Positions 43,828-55,123 of a stretch of DNA of 64,000 bases are shown here, piece after piece. Under the pieces are notes generated by a model. It did no database searches and had not been told where the DNA came from. It saw only the letters and a program-made list of their open reading frames with translations. Made by a program: the position numbers and the translations under genes. Position 1 is the stretch's first letter. Each line of letters begins with the position of its first letter. The stretch comes from an uncultured Shimia sp. (GTDB lineage: Bacteria > Pseudomonadota > Alphaproteobacteria > Rhodobacterales > Rhodobacteraceae): the NCBI RefSeq assembly GCF_947498095.1, contig NZ_CANMJE010000012.1, positions 10,029 to 74,028 of the forward strand, given 5' to 3'.

Positions 43828-45426
43828 TCAGCCGATGGCTGCGGCTTTCACATCATTGTCGATATAGGGCAGGTACTGTTCGAAGTTTTGCGAGAACATT
43901 TCGACCAGTTTTGCGGCCTGACGGTCATAGCTTTCGCCGTCATCCCAAGTGCGGCGCGGGTCCAGCAGCACTTCGGCCACGCCGGGGACGTCGACCGGAA
44001 CTTCAAAGCCAAAGTTTGCATCCTTGCGGAACTCGACCGAGCTGAGGCTGCCGTCGAGAGCGGCTGTCAGCAGGGCGCGGGTGGCGCGGATCGGCATACG
44101 TGAGCCGGTGCCATAAGCGCCGCCGGTCCAGCCGGTGTTGACCAGCCAGCAGGTTGCGCCGTGCGACGCGATCTTTTCGCGCAGCAGGTTGCCGTAAACT
44201 TCCGGGCGACGCGGCATGAAGGGCGCGCCAAAACAGGTCGAGAACGTCGGCTCTGGCTCGGTGACACCGCGCTCTGTACCTGCCACTTTTGAGGTGAAGC
44301 CAGAGAGGAAGTGATACATCGCCTGCGCCGGGGTCAGGCGGGCAATCGGGGGCAGCACACCGAACGCATCACAGGTCAGCATGATGATGTTCTTGGGGTG
44401 GCCACCCACAGCAGTCGATGAGGCGTTTGAGATGTAGTTCAGTGGATAGGCGCACCGCATATTGGCCGTCAGGCTGTCATCGTCAAAATCGAGCTCTTTG
44501 GTCTCTTCGTCATAGACCATGTTCTCGATCACGGTGCCGAATTTCGAGGTCGTCGCGTAGATTTCCGGCTCGGCCTCGGGGTTCAGGTTGATGGTCTTGG
44601 CATAACAGCCGCCTTCGAAGTTGAAGGTGCCGTTGTCGGCCCAGCCGTGTTCGTCGTCGCCGATCAGAACGCGGTCAGGATCTGCCGAGAGGGTGGTTTT
44701 GCCGGTGCCCGACAAGCCAAAGAACACCGCTGTGTCAACGGGATTGCCCTTGGCGTGGTTGGCCGAGCAGTGCATCGGCATGATGCCTTTTTCGGGCAAG
44801 AGATAGTTTAGCAGCGAGAAGACCGATTTCTTGTTCTCACCAGCATACTCAGTGCCGCCGATCAGGATCAGCTTGCGGTCGAAGTTCAGCGCAATGACGG
44901 TTTCCGAACGACAGTTGTGACGTTTTGGATCCGCTTTGAAACTGGGGCAGTTGATGACAGTGAAATCTGCGATGAAGTCATTCAGGTCATCCCGATCCGG
45001 GCGACGCAGCATGTGACGGATGAACAATCCATGCCACGCCAGCTCAGTGACCATGCGGACGTTGATGGCATGACGAGGATCGGCGCCGCCTACGAGGTCC
45101 TGAACGTAGTATTCGCCACCCTTCATATGCTCGACCATGTCGACATAGAGGGCGTCAAAACCTTCGGGCGTCATTGGCGCGTTGTTTTCCCACCAGATCG
45201 TGTCTTCGACGCTGGCGGTTTTCACCACGTGCTTGTCTTTGGGTGAGCGTCCGGTGAACTTACCGGTGGACACGAGGAAAGTGCCCCCATTGCCCAGGGT
45301 GCCTTCGCCCTTCTTAAGAGCGGCTTCGATCAGCGCAGGCTCCATGAGGTTGTAATAGACATTGCTCAGCCCATCGATCCCTTGATCTTCGAGGCGGAAT
45401 TGCGGGTTTACCCGTCCAAATGTCAT
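43828..45426 (-). CDS. pckA: PEP carboxykinase (ATP)
   Basis: [52 protein letters not shown]. Confidence 0.98.
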   Translation of the reverse strand: MTFGRVNPQFRLEDQGIDGLSNVYYNLMEPALIEAALKKGEGTLGNGGTFLVSTGKFTGRSPKDKHVVKTASVEDTIWWENNAPMTPEGFDALYVDMVEHMKGGEYYVQDLVGGADPRHAINVRMVTELAWHGLFIRHMLRRPDRDDLNDFIADFTVINCPSFKADPKRHNCRSETVIALNFDRKLILIGGTEYAGENKKSVFSLLNYLLPEKGIMPMHCSANHAKGNPVDTAVFFGLSGTGKTTLSADPDRVLIGDDEHGWADNGTFNFEGGCYAKTINLNPEAEPEIYATTSKFGTVIENMVYDEETKELDFDDDSLTANMRCAYPLNYISNASSTAVGGHPKNIIMLTCDAFGVLPPIARLTPAQAMYHFLSGFTSKVAGTERGVTEPEPTFSTCFGAPFMPRRPEVYGNLLREKIASHGATCWLVNTGWTGGAYGTGSRMPIRATRALLTAALDGSLSSVEFRKDANFGFEVPVDVPGVAEVLLDPRRTWDDGESYDRQAAKLVEMFSQNFEQYLPYIDNDVKAAAIG

Positions 45427-45560
45427 TCTCTAACTCCTGTAACCGGCTCATCCGAGGCGGCAGATTTTCCGATAGAGGGGCGTAATCGACGTCCCCATCA
45501 GCCCGATTCCGGGGTGATGGAGCGCTCATAACATGACGCTTCTGTGAAAGAACAGGACGC

Positions 45561-45601
45561 TTTAGCGCAGTTAGCGCAACCAAATTTAAGTTAGCGCCAC
45601 C
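45561..45601. promoter_or_regulatory. LacI-type operator repeats upstream of pckA
   Basis: TTTAGCGC (45561), GTTAGCGCAACC (45570), GTTAGCGCCACC (45590). The last two each match the palindrome GTTAGCGCTAAC at 10/12. Confidence 0.55.
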
Positions 45602-45809
45602 ATGGCAAGGAATGGCCATTTATAAGTCTTTTGTCACCAATCGTCGGGCGTAAGAGTGAGTCATTTTGGCCATTTCAAAGGGAATTCGCAGCCAAATGAG
45701 AGCTGTTTGTATCGTGATTCGCACTTTGCGATTGATCAAAAGCACCCAAAAGGCTCATAATGGCACGAAAACAGATAACAAAAATATGAGCAGTATAAGG
45801 ACCTGACCA

Positions 45810-46511
45810 ATGTCGAAAATCGCTTTGGTGGATGATGACAGGAATATTCTCACATCCGTTTCCATGACCCTTGAGGCAGAGGGTTTTGAAGTTGAAACTT
45901 ATAATGACGGCCAGCAAGCTCTGGATGCATTTAACAAAAAGCTACCAGATATGGCTGTTCTGGACATAAAGATGCCTCGCATGGATGGCATGGATCTGCT
46001 ACAACGTCTGCGCCAAAAATCGTCGATGCCGGTGATTTTTCTGACCTCGAAGGACGATGAAATTGACGAAGTGCTGGGCCTGCGCATGGGGGCCGATGAC
46101 TATGTCAAAAAGCCATTCTCGCAACGTCTTCTTGTCGAACGCATCCGCGCATTGTTGCGCCGTCAGGATGCGGTAGATGGCAACGTCGTCGGTGACACGG
46201 AAGAAACCAAAATCATGGAACGTGGTGAGCTGGTGATGGATCCGCTGCGCCATTCTGTCAGCTGGAAGGGCAATGATGTCACGCTGACCGTGACTGAATT
46301 CCTGCTGCTTCAAGCGCTGGCGCAGCGCCCCGGTTTTGTGAAAAGCCGCGATCAGCTGATGGATGTTGCTTATGACGATCAGGTCTATGTTGATGACAGA
46401 ACCATCGATAGTCACATCAAGCGTTTGCGCAAAAAGATGCGCACAGCGGACGATGATTTCTCCGCGATTGAGACGCTGTACGGCATTGGCTATAGATACA
46501 ACGAAGAGTAA
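45810..46511 (+). CDS. chvI: Response regulator ChvI
   Basis: [54 protein letters not shown]; divergent from pckA. Confidence 0.96.
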   Translation: MSKIALVDDDRNILTSVSMTLEAEGFEVETYNDGQQALDAFNKKLPDMAVLDIKMPRMDGMDLLQRLRQKSSMPVIFLTSKDDEIDEVLGLRMGADDYVKKPFSQRLLVERIRALLRRQDAVDGNVVGDTEETKIMERGELVMDPLRHSVSWKGNDVTLTVTEFLLLQALAQRPGFVKSRDQLMDVAYDDQVYVDDRTIDSHIKRLRKKMRTADDDFSAIETLYGIGYRYNEE

Positions 46512-46519
46512 GTGGTGAC

Positions 46520-48238
46520 ATGGCTTTGGCCGAAAGGATAGACGTGCGCGACATGGCCCAAGGGCGAGATGGCGACGTTGTTTTGGGTGACGATTGGGTG
46601 GCGCCCGAAGCCAATGTTGAAAACGAGATGCAGGGGCGGCGCGATCGGCGGCGCCTTTTGCCGCTGTCAAAATCTCCTCTGACACGCAAGATTATCACGT
46701 TCAACCTGATCGCGCTCTGCGTTCTGGTGGCAGGTATTTTGTACCTGAATTCCGCGCGTGACAGTCTTGCCGTACAACGTGCTTCAGGTCTGTTGTCCGA
46801 AGCGCGGCTGATTGCCGGTGCGATTGAGGCACAAATGCCGTCTGGTGCGCCTGTCAACCTCGCCACGGGCGATGGCGTCAGCGTTGAGACGACACTCGAT
46901 CACCTGCCACTCAGCGAAGGCACATTTGTTTATGTGTTTGACGGCAACGAAACTCTCGTCGGCATGGCGCAAGGTACAGAAAGTGCCGAAGCCGCCCAAA
47001 GACTTGCGGAACGCCCCCAAGGCACGCCTCTGACCGGGGCCATGAACTGGATTTGGGGCAAGGTCGCGGGCGAAGAAGATCATGTCGAACTGCGCCTGCC
47101 TTCTGTGTCCGAACAGGCTGCGTCCTTGTCAAGTAAGGCCGCTTCAGGCGAAGAAATCCTGATCACATTGCGTGGTCCCGAAGACAGCACTGTCTTTGCG
47201 GTCGCGACTCCGTTTTCACAGAATGACACCGTCGTTGGCGTTGTTGTCCTGACCAGCGCTGCTGGCGAATTGGACCAGATGGTCCGCAGCGAGCGTGAAC
47301 GCGTTTTGCAGATGTTTGCGATTGCGACCGTGGTGTCCATCGGCCTGTCCATGGTGTTGGCCTCGACCATCTCGAACCCGCTTTCGGATCTTGCCGCAGC
47401 GGCGGAAATTGGTCGTGACAATGATCAACGCACAATAAATCCCGGCCGCGTTCGTATTCCGGACCTGACCGCGCGGCCAGATGAAATCGGCCGTCTTTCC
47501 GGTGCGCTCAGGGGTATGGTCTCGGCACTCTATGATCGTATCGACAGCAACGAACAGTTTGCCGCAGACGTGGCACATGAGATCAAGAACCCTCTGGCTT
47601 CACTGCGGTCCGCAGTTGGGTCCCTGCGCATGGTCAAGAAAGAAGAGCACCGCGAAAAGCTCTTGGATGTGATTGAGCATGATGTCCGTCGCCTCGATCG
47701 TTTGGTCAGCGACATCTCCAACGCCTCGCGGCTGGATAGCGAGTTGGTCAAAGAGGAAGAAGAGCGCTTTGATCTTTTGGAGATGATTGGCAACCTGTCG
47801 CAATATCTGGGTGAAGATGCCAAGACCAAGGGCATTGACTTTATCTCGGACCTGCCCGAAACATCGATCAATATCCACGGGCTTGAGGCGCGTCTAGCGC
47901 AGGTGTTTGTCAACCTCATCACCAATGCGATCAGCTTCTGCGAGGATGGCGACGCTATTCGTGTCTGGGCGCGCCGGCGTGAAAACCGCGTGCTTGTGGT
48001 GGTCGAAGACACGGGTCCCGGTATTCCGGATCAGGCTCTGAACAAGATTTTCAACCGTTTCTATTCCCAGCGTCCAGAAGATCAGTTCGGCAACAACTCC
48101 GGGCTTGGTCTTGCGATTTCGAAGCAAATCGTCGAGGCGCATGGCGGTGTAATCTGGGCCGAAAACATCCGCCCAACCGACGCCGATCCCACGTCTGATC
48201 CGTTGGGGGCGCGTTTTGTTGTCGGTCTGCCGGTCTAG
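46520..48238 (+). CDS. chvG: Sensor histidine kinase ChvG
   Basis: SPLTRKIITFNL, HAMP, ADVAHEIKNPL, NLITNAISF, DTGPGI, NSGLGLAISKQI. Confidence 0.95.
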   Translation: MALAERIDVRDMAQGRDGDVVLGDDWVAPEANVENEMQGRRDRRRLLPLSKSPLTRKIITFNLIALCVLVAGILYLNSARDSLAVQRASGLLSEARLIAGAIEAQMPSGAPVNLATGDGVSVETTLDHLPLSEGTFVYVFDGNETLVGMAQGTESAEAAQRLAERPQGTPLTGAMNWIWGKVAGEEDHVELRLPSVSEQAASLSSKAASGEEILITLRGPEDSTVFAVATPFSQNDTVVGVVVLTSAAGELDQMVRSERERVLQMFAIATVVSIGLSMVLASTISNPLSDLAAAAEIGRDNDQRTINPGRVRIPDLTARPDEIGRLSGALRGMVSALYDRIDSNEQFAADVAHEIKNPLASLRSAVGSLRMVKKEEHREKLLDVIEHDVRRLDRLVSDISNASRLDSELVKEEEERFDLLEMIGNLSQYLGEDAKTKGIDFISDLPETSINIHGLEARLAQVFVNLITNAISFCEDGDAIRVWARRRENRVLVVVEDTGPGIPDQALNKIFNRFYSQRPEDQFGNNSGLGLAISKQIVEAHGGVIWAENIRPTDADPTSDPLGARFVVGLPV

Positions 48239-48241
48239 CCA

Positions 48242-48700
48242 GTGAGCTCCCCTGACGGCGCCATATCCTCAGGGGAAATGCCGTCCGAAATGATCCATGC
48301 AAGCTGCGTTGCCTACCGAGGCCGCGCAGTTTTGCTTTTGGGCGCTTCCGGCAGCGGAAAATCTGCGCTGGCGCTGCAGTTGATGGCTTTGGGCGCGGGT
48401 CTTGTATCAGACGATCGCACGATCCTGAGTGTTCAAAAAGGAGCGTTGATCGCCAGCGTACCGGACAGTATCGCCGGACGGATTGAGGCGCGTGGAATTG
48501 GCATCTTGGCCGCAGAACAGCATCCGCCTACACCTGTCGCACTTGCCGTTGATCTGGATTGGCAAGAGACAGCCCGCTTGCCGGAACGGCATGAGATTGA
48601 ACTGATGGGGCAATCCGTCCTCTTGCTTGGCGCAGTGGCGGCCCCACATTTCCCCGCAGCTATCCTGCAAATGCTTGCACGTGAAAGGTCTGCACCATGA
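48242..48700 (+). CDS. hprK: Short HPr kinase/phosphorylase
   Basis: IHASCV, GASGSGKS, LVSDDRT, IEARGIGI; start uncertain. Confidence 0.9.
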   Translation: MSSPDGAISSGEMPSEMIHASCVAYRGRAVLLLGASGSGKSALALQLMALGAGLVSDDRTILSVQKGALIASVPDSIAGRIEARGIGILAAEQHPPTPVALAVDLDWQETARLPERHEIELMGQSVLLLGAVAAPHFPAAILQMLARERSAP

Positions 48701-49626
48701 ACCGTTCGTCACCCCGCTCTCAACCTCGTCTGGTGCTTGTCACCGGTCCGTCAGGTGCGGGCCGGTCCACGGCGATCCGGGCGCTCGAAGATGCGGGCTA
48801 TGAGACGATCGACAATTTGCCGCTTGGATTGCTCAAACGTCTGTTCACTGAGCCTGAACTGGACCAACCTCTTGCGCTGGGTCTGGACGTCAGAAACCGG
48901 GATTTTTCGCAGCATGCGCTTTTGTCCGCTCTGAATATGCTGGAGCAAACCGCCGGGCTTTCTCCTGAACTCTTGTATTTGGACTGTGCGCCCAGAGTGT
49001 TGGAACGTCGGTATTCCGAAACCCGACGACGTCACCCGATGGCGCCGGCCGAGTCTCCGGCGGACGGGATCGCCCGAGAGTTGGACCTGCTACAGCCGAT
49101 CCGCGCTCAGGCTGATGTGCTGATCGACACCTCCGAGATGACACCCCACGCGTTGCGCAACGAAGTCGAACGTTGGTTTGCGCCCGATACCAGCCAGAAA
49201 CTGGGCCTGACCGTACAGTCTTTCAGCTACAAGCGCGGCGTGCCTTTGGGGGTGGACATGGTGTTCGATTGTCGCTTCCTCACCAACCCCTATTGGAAGC
49301 AGGAATTACGGTCCTGTGACGGGCGCTCTGAAGACGTCGCCGCCTACATTTCCGAGGATTCGCGGTTCGCGCCTTTCTTTGACCGCCTCTTGGATATGAT
49401 CCTTTTTCTTCTACCCGCCTACCTCGCTGAGGGGCGGTCGCACTTTTCTATCGGGTTTGGGTGCACCGGCGGGCAGCATCGCAGCGTATTTACAGCGGAA
49501 AGATTGTCCGAGGCTCTTGCACAACAGGGCTGGCAGGTGTCAATTAGGCACCGCGAATTAGACCGCCGCGCGCAACTCACACGCCCGGCGCATTCGTCAA
49601 AGGACAAAAAGGACGCGCAAGAGTGA
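48697..49626 (+). CDS. rapZ: RapZ-family nucleotide-binding protein
   Basis: TGPSGAGRS, DNLP, RRYSETRRRHP, SFSYKRG, FDCRFL, GCTGGQHRSV. Confidence 0.94.
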   Translation: MNRSSPRSQPRLVLVTGPSGAGRSTAIRALEDAGYETIDNLPLGLLKRLFTEPELDQPLALGLDVRNRDFSQHALLSALNMLEQTAGLSPELLYLDCAPRVLERRYSETRRRHPMAPAESPADGIARELDLLQPIRAQADVLIDTSEMTPHALRNEVERWFAPDTSQKLGLTVQSFSYKRGVPLGVDMVFDCRFLTNPYWKQELRSCDGRSEDVAAYISEDSRFAPFFDRLLDMILFLLPAYLAEGRSHFSIGFGCTGGQHRSVFTAERLSEALAQQGWQVSIRHRELDRRAQLTRPAHSSKDKKDAQE

Positions 49627-50015
49627 TCGGTATCGTGATCGTGGCACATGGTGGACTGGCCCGGGAATATCTTGCGGCCGTAGAACATGTCGTGGGCAGC
49701 CAGAACGGCATCCACGCCATCACGATTGAAAACGATCACGACCGGGGCGCCAAGCAATTGGAAATCTGTGCCGCTGCTGATGCGGTGGATCAGGGAGACG
49801 GGGTTGTGGTTGTCACGGATATGTTTGGCGGATCGCCGTCGAACCTGTCTCTTCTGGCCTGCCAGCCTGAAAACCGTCGCATTGTGTACGGCGCGAATTT
49901 GCCGATGCTCATCAAGCTTGCCAAGAGCCGCCACAGGAATGTGCCGGATGCCGTGCGCGCCGCGCTAGAGGCAGGTCGCAAGTACATCGACAGCCAAAAT
50001 ATCAATACGGATTAA
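49623..50015 (+). CDS. manX: PTS EIIA (mannose type)
   Basis: IVIVAHGGLA (phospho-His), TDMFGGSPSN, GANLPML. Confidence 0.92.
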   Translation: MIGIVIVAHGGLAREYLAAVEHVVGSQNGIHAITIENDHDRGAKQLEICAAADAVDQGDGVVVVTDMFGGSPSNLSLLACQPENRRIVYGANLPMLIKLAKSRHRNVPDAVRAALEAGRKYIDSQNINTD

Positions 50016-50020
50016 GATTT

Positions 50021-50299
50021 ATGACCGATACGGTGACCCGCTCGCTTAAGATTGTGAACGAAAAGGGGCTTCATGCCCGGGCCTCTGCCAAACTGGTTGA
50101 GGTGGTCGAGGGGTTCGATGCCACAGCAGAAGTTGCTAAGGATGGGTTGAGTGCCTGCGGAGACAGTATTATGGGGTTGCTGATGTTGGCGGCGTCAAAG
50201 GGGACAAGTATCGAAGTTCAGACTTCGGGGCCTGACGCAGCACCGCTGGCAGACGCAATAGAAGCGCTGGTCGCCGATTACTTTGGCGAAGGCATGTAA
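50021..50299 (+). CDS. ptsH: HPr phosphocarrier
   Basis: GLHARASAK (His15), DSIMGLLML (Ser46). Confidence 0.94.
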   Translation: MTDTVTRSLKIVNEKGLHARASAKLVEVVEGFDATAEVAKDGLSACGDSIMGLLMLAASKGTSIEVQTSGPDAAPLADAIEALVADYFGEGM

Positions 50300-50320
50300 G
50301 GGGCGACAGCTCCGGGCGGG

Positions 50321-51196
50321 ATGAAGACCTTGGCAGACAATACGCCAGACAGCACACAGCAGGGCGAGATCTATGATCGCCGCACGCTGACCTATGCAAA
50401 CAGTTTTGATGACCCCTGGACCGCAAATGCGATCAAGACCATTGAATGGCTGACGGGCAAGCTGACCATCCTGCGCATGGTGAACAAGTTCGAAAGAAAT
50501 AACGCCGACTATCGTGGGCAGAATTTCTGGCGTGGTGCGCTCGATACAATGGGGATTGAACTCCAAACCCCTGCCGAGCAACTAGCCAATATTCCCAAAG
50601 AAGGTCCTGTTGTCGTGGTCGCCAACCACCCTCACGGCATGGTCGATGGGATGATCTTTGCCGATTTGATCGGGCGGGTTCGTCAGGACTATCGAATTCT
50701 GACGCGATCCGTGCTGACCGGCTTGGACGAAGCCGCGACCTCTTTCATGATCCCTGTACCGTTTCCCCATGACCCAGAAGCGCAGCGCAAGATGGTTGAG
50801 ATGCGCTCAAACGCGATGGAACACTTGGCAAATGGCGGCGTCGTGGCGCTGTTCCCATCAGGCGTCGTGATGTCGTCTGACAGCTGGTGGGGTCCCCCGA
50901 TTGAGCGAGAGTGGAATGTCTTTACAGCCAAGATGATCCGCAAATCCGGCGCACAGGTTGTGCCGATCTTTTATCCAGGCCGCAATTCCCGTGCCTATCA
51001 GATTGCCTGTCAGATCTCTGCGATCCTGCGGCAAGGTCTGTTGCTGCATGAAATCGTGCGATCCTGCAACAAACCTCAGGCCCCGGTGGTTGGGAAACCT
51101 CTGACGGATGAACAAATGGAGCCTCTTGCACGTGATCCGCGTGGATTCATGGCGTGGCTGCGCGAGCATACGCTGGCATTGGGCAACAACACCTGA
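50321..51196 (+). CDS. Lysophospholipid acyltransferase family protein
   Basis: VANHPHGMVDG (HxxxxD), ALFPSG. Confidence 0.88.
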   Translation: MKTLADNTPDSTQQGEIYDRRTLTYANSFDDPWTANAIKTIEWLTGKLTILRMVNKFERNNADYRGQNFWRGALDTMGIELQTPAEQLANIPKEGPVVVVANHPHGMVDGMIFADLIGRVRQDYRILTRSVLTGLDEAATSFMIPVPFPHDPEAQRKMVEMRSNAMEHLANGGVVALFPSGVVMSSDSWWGPPIEREWNVFTAKMIRKSGAQVVPIFYPGRNSRAYQIACQISAILRQGLLLHEIVRSCNKPQAPVVGKPLTDEQMEPLARDPRGFMAWLREHTLALGNNT

Positions 51197-51246
51197 TCCA
51201 CCACGAAACCGGGGATCTTAGCATTGTTGCGGTCTGAAGACTGAAA

Positions 51247-52122
51247 TCAGCGGGTCGGGACGGGCGTTTCACCGCGATAGTCATAGAACCCGCGCTTGGT
51301 TTTGCGCCCAAGCCAACCCGCCTCAACATATTTTGTGAGCAGCGGGCAGGGTCGATACTTGGTATCGGCCAGACCGTCATGCAGTACGTTCATAATCGCC
51401 AGGCAGGTGTCCAGTCCGATGAAGTCGGCCAGTTCCAGCGGTCCCATCGGGTGGTTGGCGCCCAGTTTCATCGCATTGTCGATTGAGGCAACATTGCCGA
51501 CGCCTTCGTAGAGCGTGTAACACGCCTCGTTGATCATCGGGATCAGGATACGGTTCACGATAAAGGCAGGGAAATCCTCGGCACTGGCAGCAACCTTGTC
51601 CAGATTGGTCACAATCTCCAGACAGGATTGATAGGTGTCTTCATCGGTGGCGATGCCCCGGATCAGTTCGACCAATTTCATCAATGGTACAGGGTTCATG
51701 AAATGGAACCCCATGAACTTCTCTGGCCGGTCCGTACGACTGGCCAGTCGCGTGATCGAAATTGACGAGGTGTTCGACGTCAGGATCGTATGCGGCTGCA
51801 GATGCGGCAACAGCGCGTCAAAAATCTTGTCCTTAACCTCTTCGCGTTCCGTGGCTGCTTCGATCACCAGGTCTGTTCCGCCGAGGTCCGGCAGCTGCAG
51901 CGTCGACTTGATGCGCCCAAGGGCGGCAGCCTTGTCATCGGCGGTAATAAGCTCGCGTGACACTTGGCGTTCCATGTTCTTGTCGATCCGGACCATCGCA
52001 GCATCAATCGCATCCTGTTGGATGTCGTTGATAAGGACGTCATAGCCTGCAAGCGCCATGACATGGGCAATGCCGTTGCCCATCTGGCCTGCGCCCACAA
52101 CACCGATCGATTTGATTTTCAT
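51247..52122 (-). CDS. hbd: 3-hydroxybutyryl-CoA dehydrogenase
   Basis: GAGQMGNG, SNTSSISI, GFHFMNPVP, HPMGPLELADFIGLD. Start moved to 52122. Confidence 0.95.
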   Translation of the reverse strand: MKIKSIGVVGAGQMGNGIAHVMALAGYDVLINDIQQDAIDAAMVRIDKNMERQVSRELITADDKAAALGRIKSTLQLPDLGGTDLVIEAATEREEVKDKIFDALLPHLQPHTILTSNTSSISITRLASRTDRPEKFMGFHFMNPVPLMKLVELIRGIATDEDTYQSCLEIVTNLDKVAASAEDFPAFIVNRILIPMINEACYTLYEGVGNVASIDNAMKLGANHPMGPLELADFIGLDTCLAIMNVLHDGLADTKYRPCPLLTKYVEAGWLGRKTKRGFYDYRGETPVPTR

Positions 52123-52278
52123 GGCTCGTCCTCTTGTCTCTTGCCCGACCATATGCGCGGCAGCCGATGACCTGCAAGGGCCGCATACGTTGAAAACTTG
52201 AGACAAGGTCTAACATTGACGGTTTTGAAAGGCATTTCGGCGAATCTGTCTGTGGGTGAGACATATTGGTGGGAAATC

Positions 52279-53097
52279 ATGTCCTATGAAAAAATGGGGA
52301 GCGGCGCCCTTGATTACATGCCGTGTCGATATGAAGACTCTGGATTGATCTTTCGGGGCCCCGAACGGGACCTGGATGCAAGGTACAATCTGTTCGTTGG
52401 CGGAACCGAAACCTATGGCAAATTCATGAGCGATCCCTATCCGGCGCTTGTGGAGCAAGCCATCGACAAGACCTGCGTCAACTTTGGGTGCATCAACGCC
52501 GGGGTCGACGCGTTTCTTAGTGACCCGGCAGCGCTGGTGGTAATGCGCAAGGCAGAGACTGTGTTCATTCAGGTCATGGGCGCACATAACATGTCGAACC
52601 GGTTCTACCGTGTGCATCCGCGGCGCAATGATCGCTTCCTTGATGCCAGTTCCGTCATGAAAATGGTGTTTCGCGAGATCGACTTTACCGAATTTCACTA
52701 CACGCGACACATGCTGGGGACGCTCTGTGCGCGCGCGCCTGACCGCTACGCGATGTTGCGAGATGAACTGAAACAGGCATGGGTCGCGCGTATGCGGCTG
52801 TTGCTGAACAGCATTCCGGGGCGCAAATATCTTTTGTGGTTCTCTGCCCATCCCCCCAGTACCGATCCGGGGATGGTGGGTCTTGGCCCAGATCCTTTGT
52901 TTGTCGATCGTGGCATGTTGGATGTGCTGCAGCCGTTGGTGCAGGATGTGATCGAAGTGGTGGCCAGCCCGGATGCTTTGGAAAAAGGCAGCGAAGGGAT
53001 GGTGTTCTCCGACATGGAGAAAATCGCCGCCCGTCGGTTGCTGGGGCCGGCGGCCCATCGCGAAGCGGCCAAGGCCATCGTCGCGGAACTGTCTTAG
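52279..53097 (+). CDS. Conserved Rhodobacteraceae protein (DUF6473-like)
   Basis: LDYMPCRY...FRGP...GGTETYGKF...NFGCINAG...[20 protein letters not shown]. Confidence 0.8.
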   Translation: MSYEKMGSGALDYMPCRYEDSGLIFRGPERDLDARYNLFVGGTETYGKFMSDPYPALVEQAIDKTCVNFGCINAGVDAFLSDPAALVVMRKAETVFIQVMGAHNMSNRFYRVHPRRNDRFLDASSVMKMVFREIDFTEFHYTRHMLGTLCARAPDRYAMLRDELKQAWVARMRLLLNSIPGRKYLLWFSAHPPSTDPGMVGLGPDPLFVDRGMLDVLQPLVQDVIEVVASPDALEKGSEGMVFSDMEKIAARRLLGPAAHREAAKAIVAELS

Positions 53098-53098
53098 A

Positions 53099-53132
53099 AA
53101 AAGCAAAAGGCCCGCCGTTTTGGCGGGCCTTT
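53099..53132. terminator. Bidirectional terminator
   Basis: AAAAGGCCCGCC-GTTTT-GGCGGGCCTTT between convergent genes. Confidence 0.85.
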
Positions 53133-53154
53133 GCATGCGCACAAGGCGAATTTA

Positions 53155-54081
53155 TTACAGCTTGTCGGTCAGTTCCGGCACGGCCGCGAAGAGGTCAGCA
53201 ACCAAGCCAAAGTCCGCAACCTGGAAGATCGGAGCTTCTTCGTCTTTGTTGATCGCGACGATGACTTTCGAGTCTTTCATACCAGCCAAGTGCTGGATGG
53301 CGCCCGAGATGCCAACGGCGATGTAAAGATCCGGAGCCACAACCTTACCGGTTTGACCAACCTGCCAGTCGTTCGGGGCATAGCCCGAGTCAACGGCAGC
53401 GCGCGATGCGCCAACGGCGGCGCCCAGCTTGTCAGCCAGTGCTTCGATGAGTTTGAAGTCCTCTTCCGAGCCAACACCACGGCCACCAGAAACAACAACG
53501 CCAGCCGAGGTCAGCTCGGGGCGGTCGCTTGCGGCAACCTTGTCTTCGACCCAGCTCGACAGACCAGGGTTGGCAGCCGCCGAGACGGTTTCAACCGAAG
53601 CCGAACCGCCTTCGCCAGCGGCGTCAAAGGTCGAGGTCCGGAAGGTGATGACCTTCTTGGCATCCGACGAACGTACGGTCTGGTTGGCGTTACCGGCATA
53701 GATCGGGCGCTCAAACGTGTTGCCATCGACAACCGCCGTTGCGTCCGAGATCACCATCACGTCCAAGAGGGCCGCGACGCGGGGCATCACGTTCTTGGCG
53801 TCGGTGGTGGCGGGTGCCACAATGTGCTCGTAATCGCCAGCCAGCGATACGATCAGCGCTGCAGTCGATTCCGCGAGACGATGGCCGAGGCTCTCGTCTT
53901 CGGCAACCAGAACCTTGGCAACACCGTCGATCTTGGCGGCGGCTTCACCGGCAGCAGCGGCGGAACCGCCAGCGGCCAGAACAGTCACATCACCCAGAGC
54001 TTTCGCCGCGGTGACAGCCTTGGCGGTGGCGTCCATCGCCAGTTCGCCGTTGTTGACTTCTGCGAGAAGAAGAACAGCCAT
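53155..54081 (-). CDS. etfA: Electron transfer flavoprotein alpha subunit
   Basis: [46 protein letters not shown]. Confidence 0.98.
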   Translation of the reverse strand: MAVLLLAEVNNGELAMDATAKAVTAAKALGDVTVLAAGGSAAAAGEAAAKIDGVAKVLVAEDESLGHRLAESTAALIVSLAGDYEHIVAPATTDAKNVMPRVAALLDVMVISDATAVVDGNTFERPIYAGNANQTVRSSDAKKVITFRTSTFDAAGEGGSASVETVSAAANPGLSSWVEDKVAASDRPELTSAGVVVSGGRGVGSEEDFKLIEALADKLGAAVGASRAAVDSGYAPNDWQVGQTGKVVAPDLYIAVGISGAIQHLAGMKDSKVIVAINKDEEAPIFQVADFGLVADLFAAVPELTDKL

Positions 54082-54839
54082 TATACAGCCCCCGCTTCTT
54101 TGAGTTTCTCTACCAGCTCGTCGACCGAACCAACCACGATGCCTGCGGCGCGGGCTTCGGGCTCGGCGGTGCCAACGATTTCAAGACGAGGGGTGACGTC
54201 GACGCCATAGTCTGCGGCAGTCTTCTCATCCAGCGGCTTTTTCTTGGCCTTCATGATGTTTGGCAGCGACGCATAGCGTGGCTCGTTCAAACGCAGATCA
54301 ACGGTGATGATGGTTGGCATCGTCACGTTGATGGTTTGCAGACCGCCGTCAACTTCGCGGGTCACAACAGCTTTGTCGCCGTCGATGTCCAGCTCAGAGG
54401 CAAACGTGCCTTGCGACCAACCCAACAGGGCCGACAACATCTGACCGGTAGCGTTCATGTCGTTGTCGATGGCTTGCTTGCCGGCCAGAACCAGACCAGG
54501 CTGCTCTTCTTCGACAATTTTCGCCAGGATCTTGGCAACCGCCAGCGGCTCGATGTCCTGATGTACATCGTCTGCGGCCACAACCAGGATGGCGCGATCT
54601 GCACCCATTGCCAGCGCGGTGCGCAGCGTTTCCTGAGATTGTTTGACACCGATCGAAACAGCGACAACTTCGTCGGCCTTGCCGGCCTCTTTCAGACGGA
54701 TCGCTTCTTCGACTGCAATCTCATCGAACGGGTTCATCGACATTTTCACGTTGGCGAGATCGACACCGCTGCCGTCCGCTTTCACGCGGACCTTCACGTT
54801 GTAATCAATCACGCGCTTCACAGGCACAAGTACCTTCAT
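54081..54839 (-). CDS. etfB: Electron transfer flavoprotein beta subunit
   Basis: [50 protein letters not shown]. Confidence 0.98.
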   Translation of the reverse strand: MKVLVPVKRVIDYNVKVRVKADGSGVDLANVKMSMNPFDEIAVEEAIRLKEAGKADEVVAVSIGVKQSQETLRTALAMGADRAILVVAADDVHQDIEPLAVAKILAKIVEEEQPGLVLAGKQAIDNDMNATGQMLSALLGWSQGTFASELDIDGDKAVVTREVDGGLQTINVTMPTIITVDLRLNEPRYASLPNIMKAKKKPLDEKTAADYGVDVTPRLEIVGTAEPEARAAGIVVGSVDELVEKLKEAGAV

Positions 54840-55123
54840 AAGCGTTAGACTCCTTAATATGGATGAGCCGTGAAACGACTCGGCGATTTGCTCTCTCGCA
54901 CGTGATATAATCTTGCGCGGCCTGAAAACAGCGCAAAATCGTCACGTCACGGTCCTGCGACGTCGCGTTTCAGTAATTGCACGTCAAATTTTGCAGAAAT
55001 ATTGCGAATGGACGCCTGCGTGACGCAAAGGCACTCGGTTCTTCCCCAACGTCGCTGGACGCAGGGGCTGGCGGTATGAGGCATTTCACCGCTTAATACC
55101 CCTGACAGAAACAGGAGACCGCG

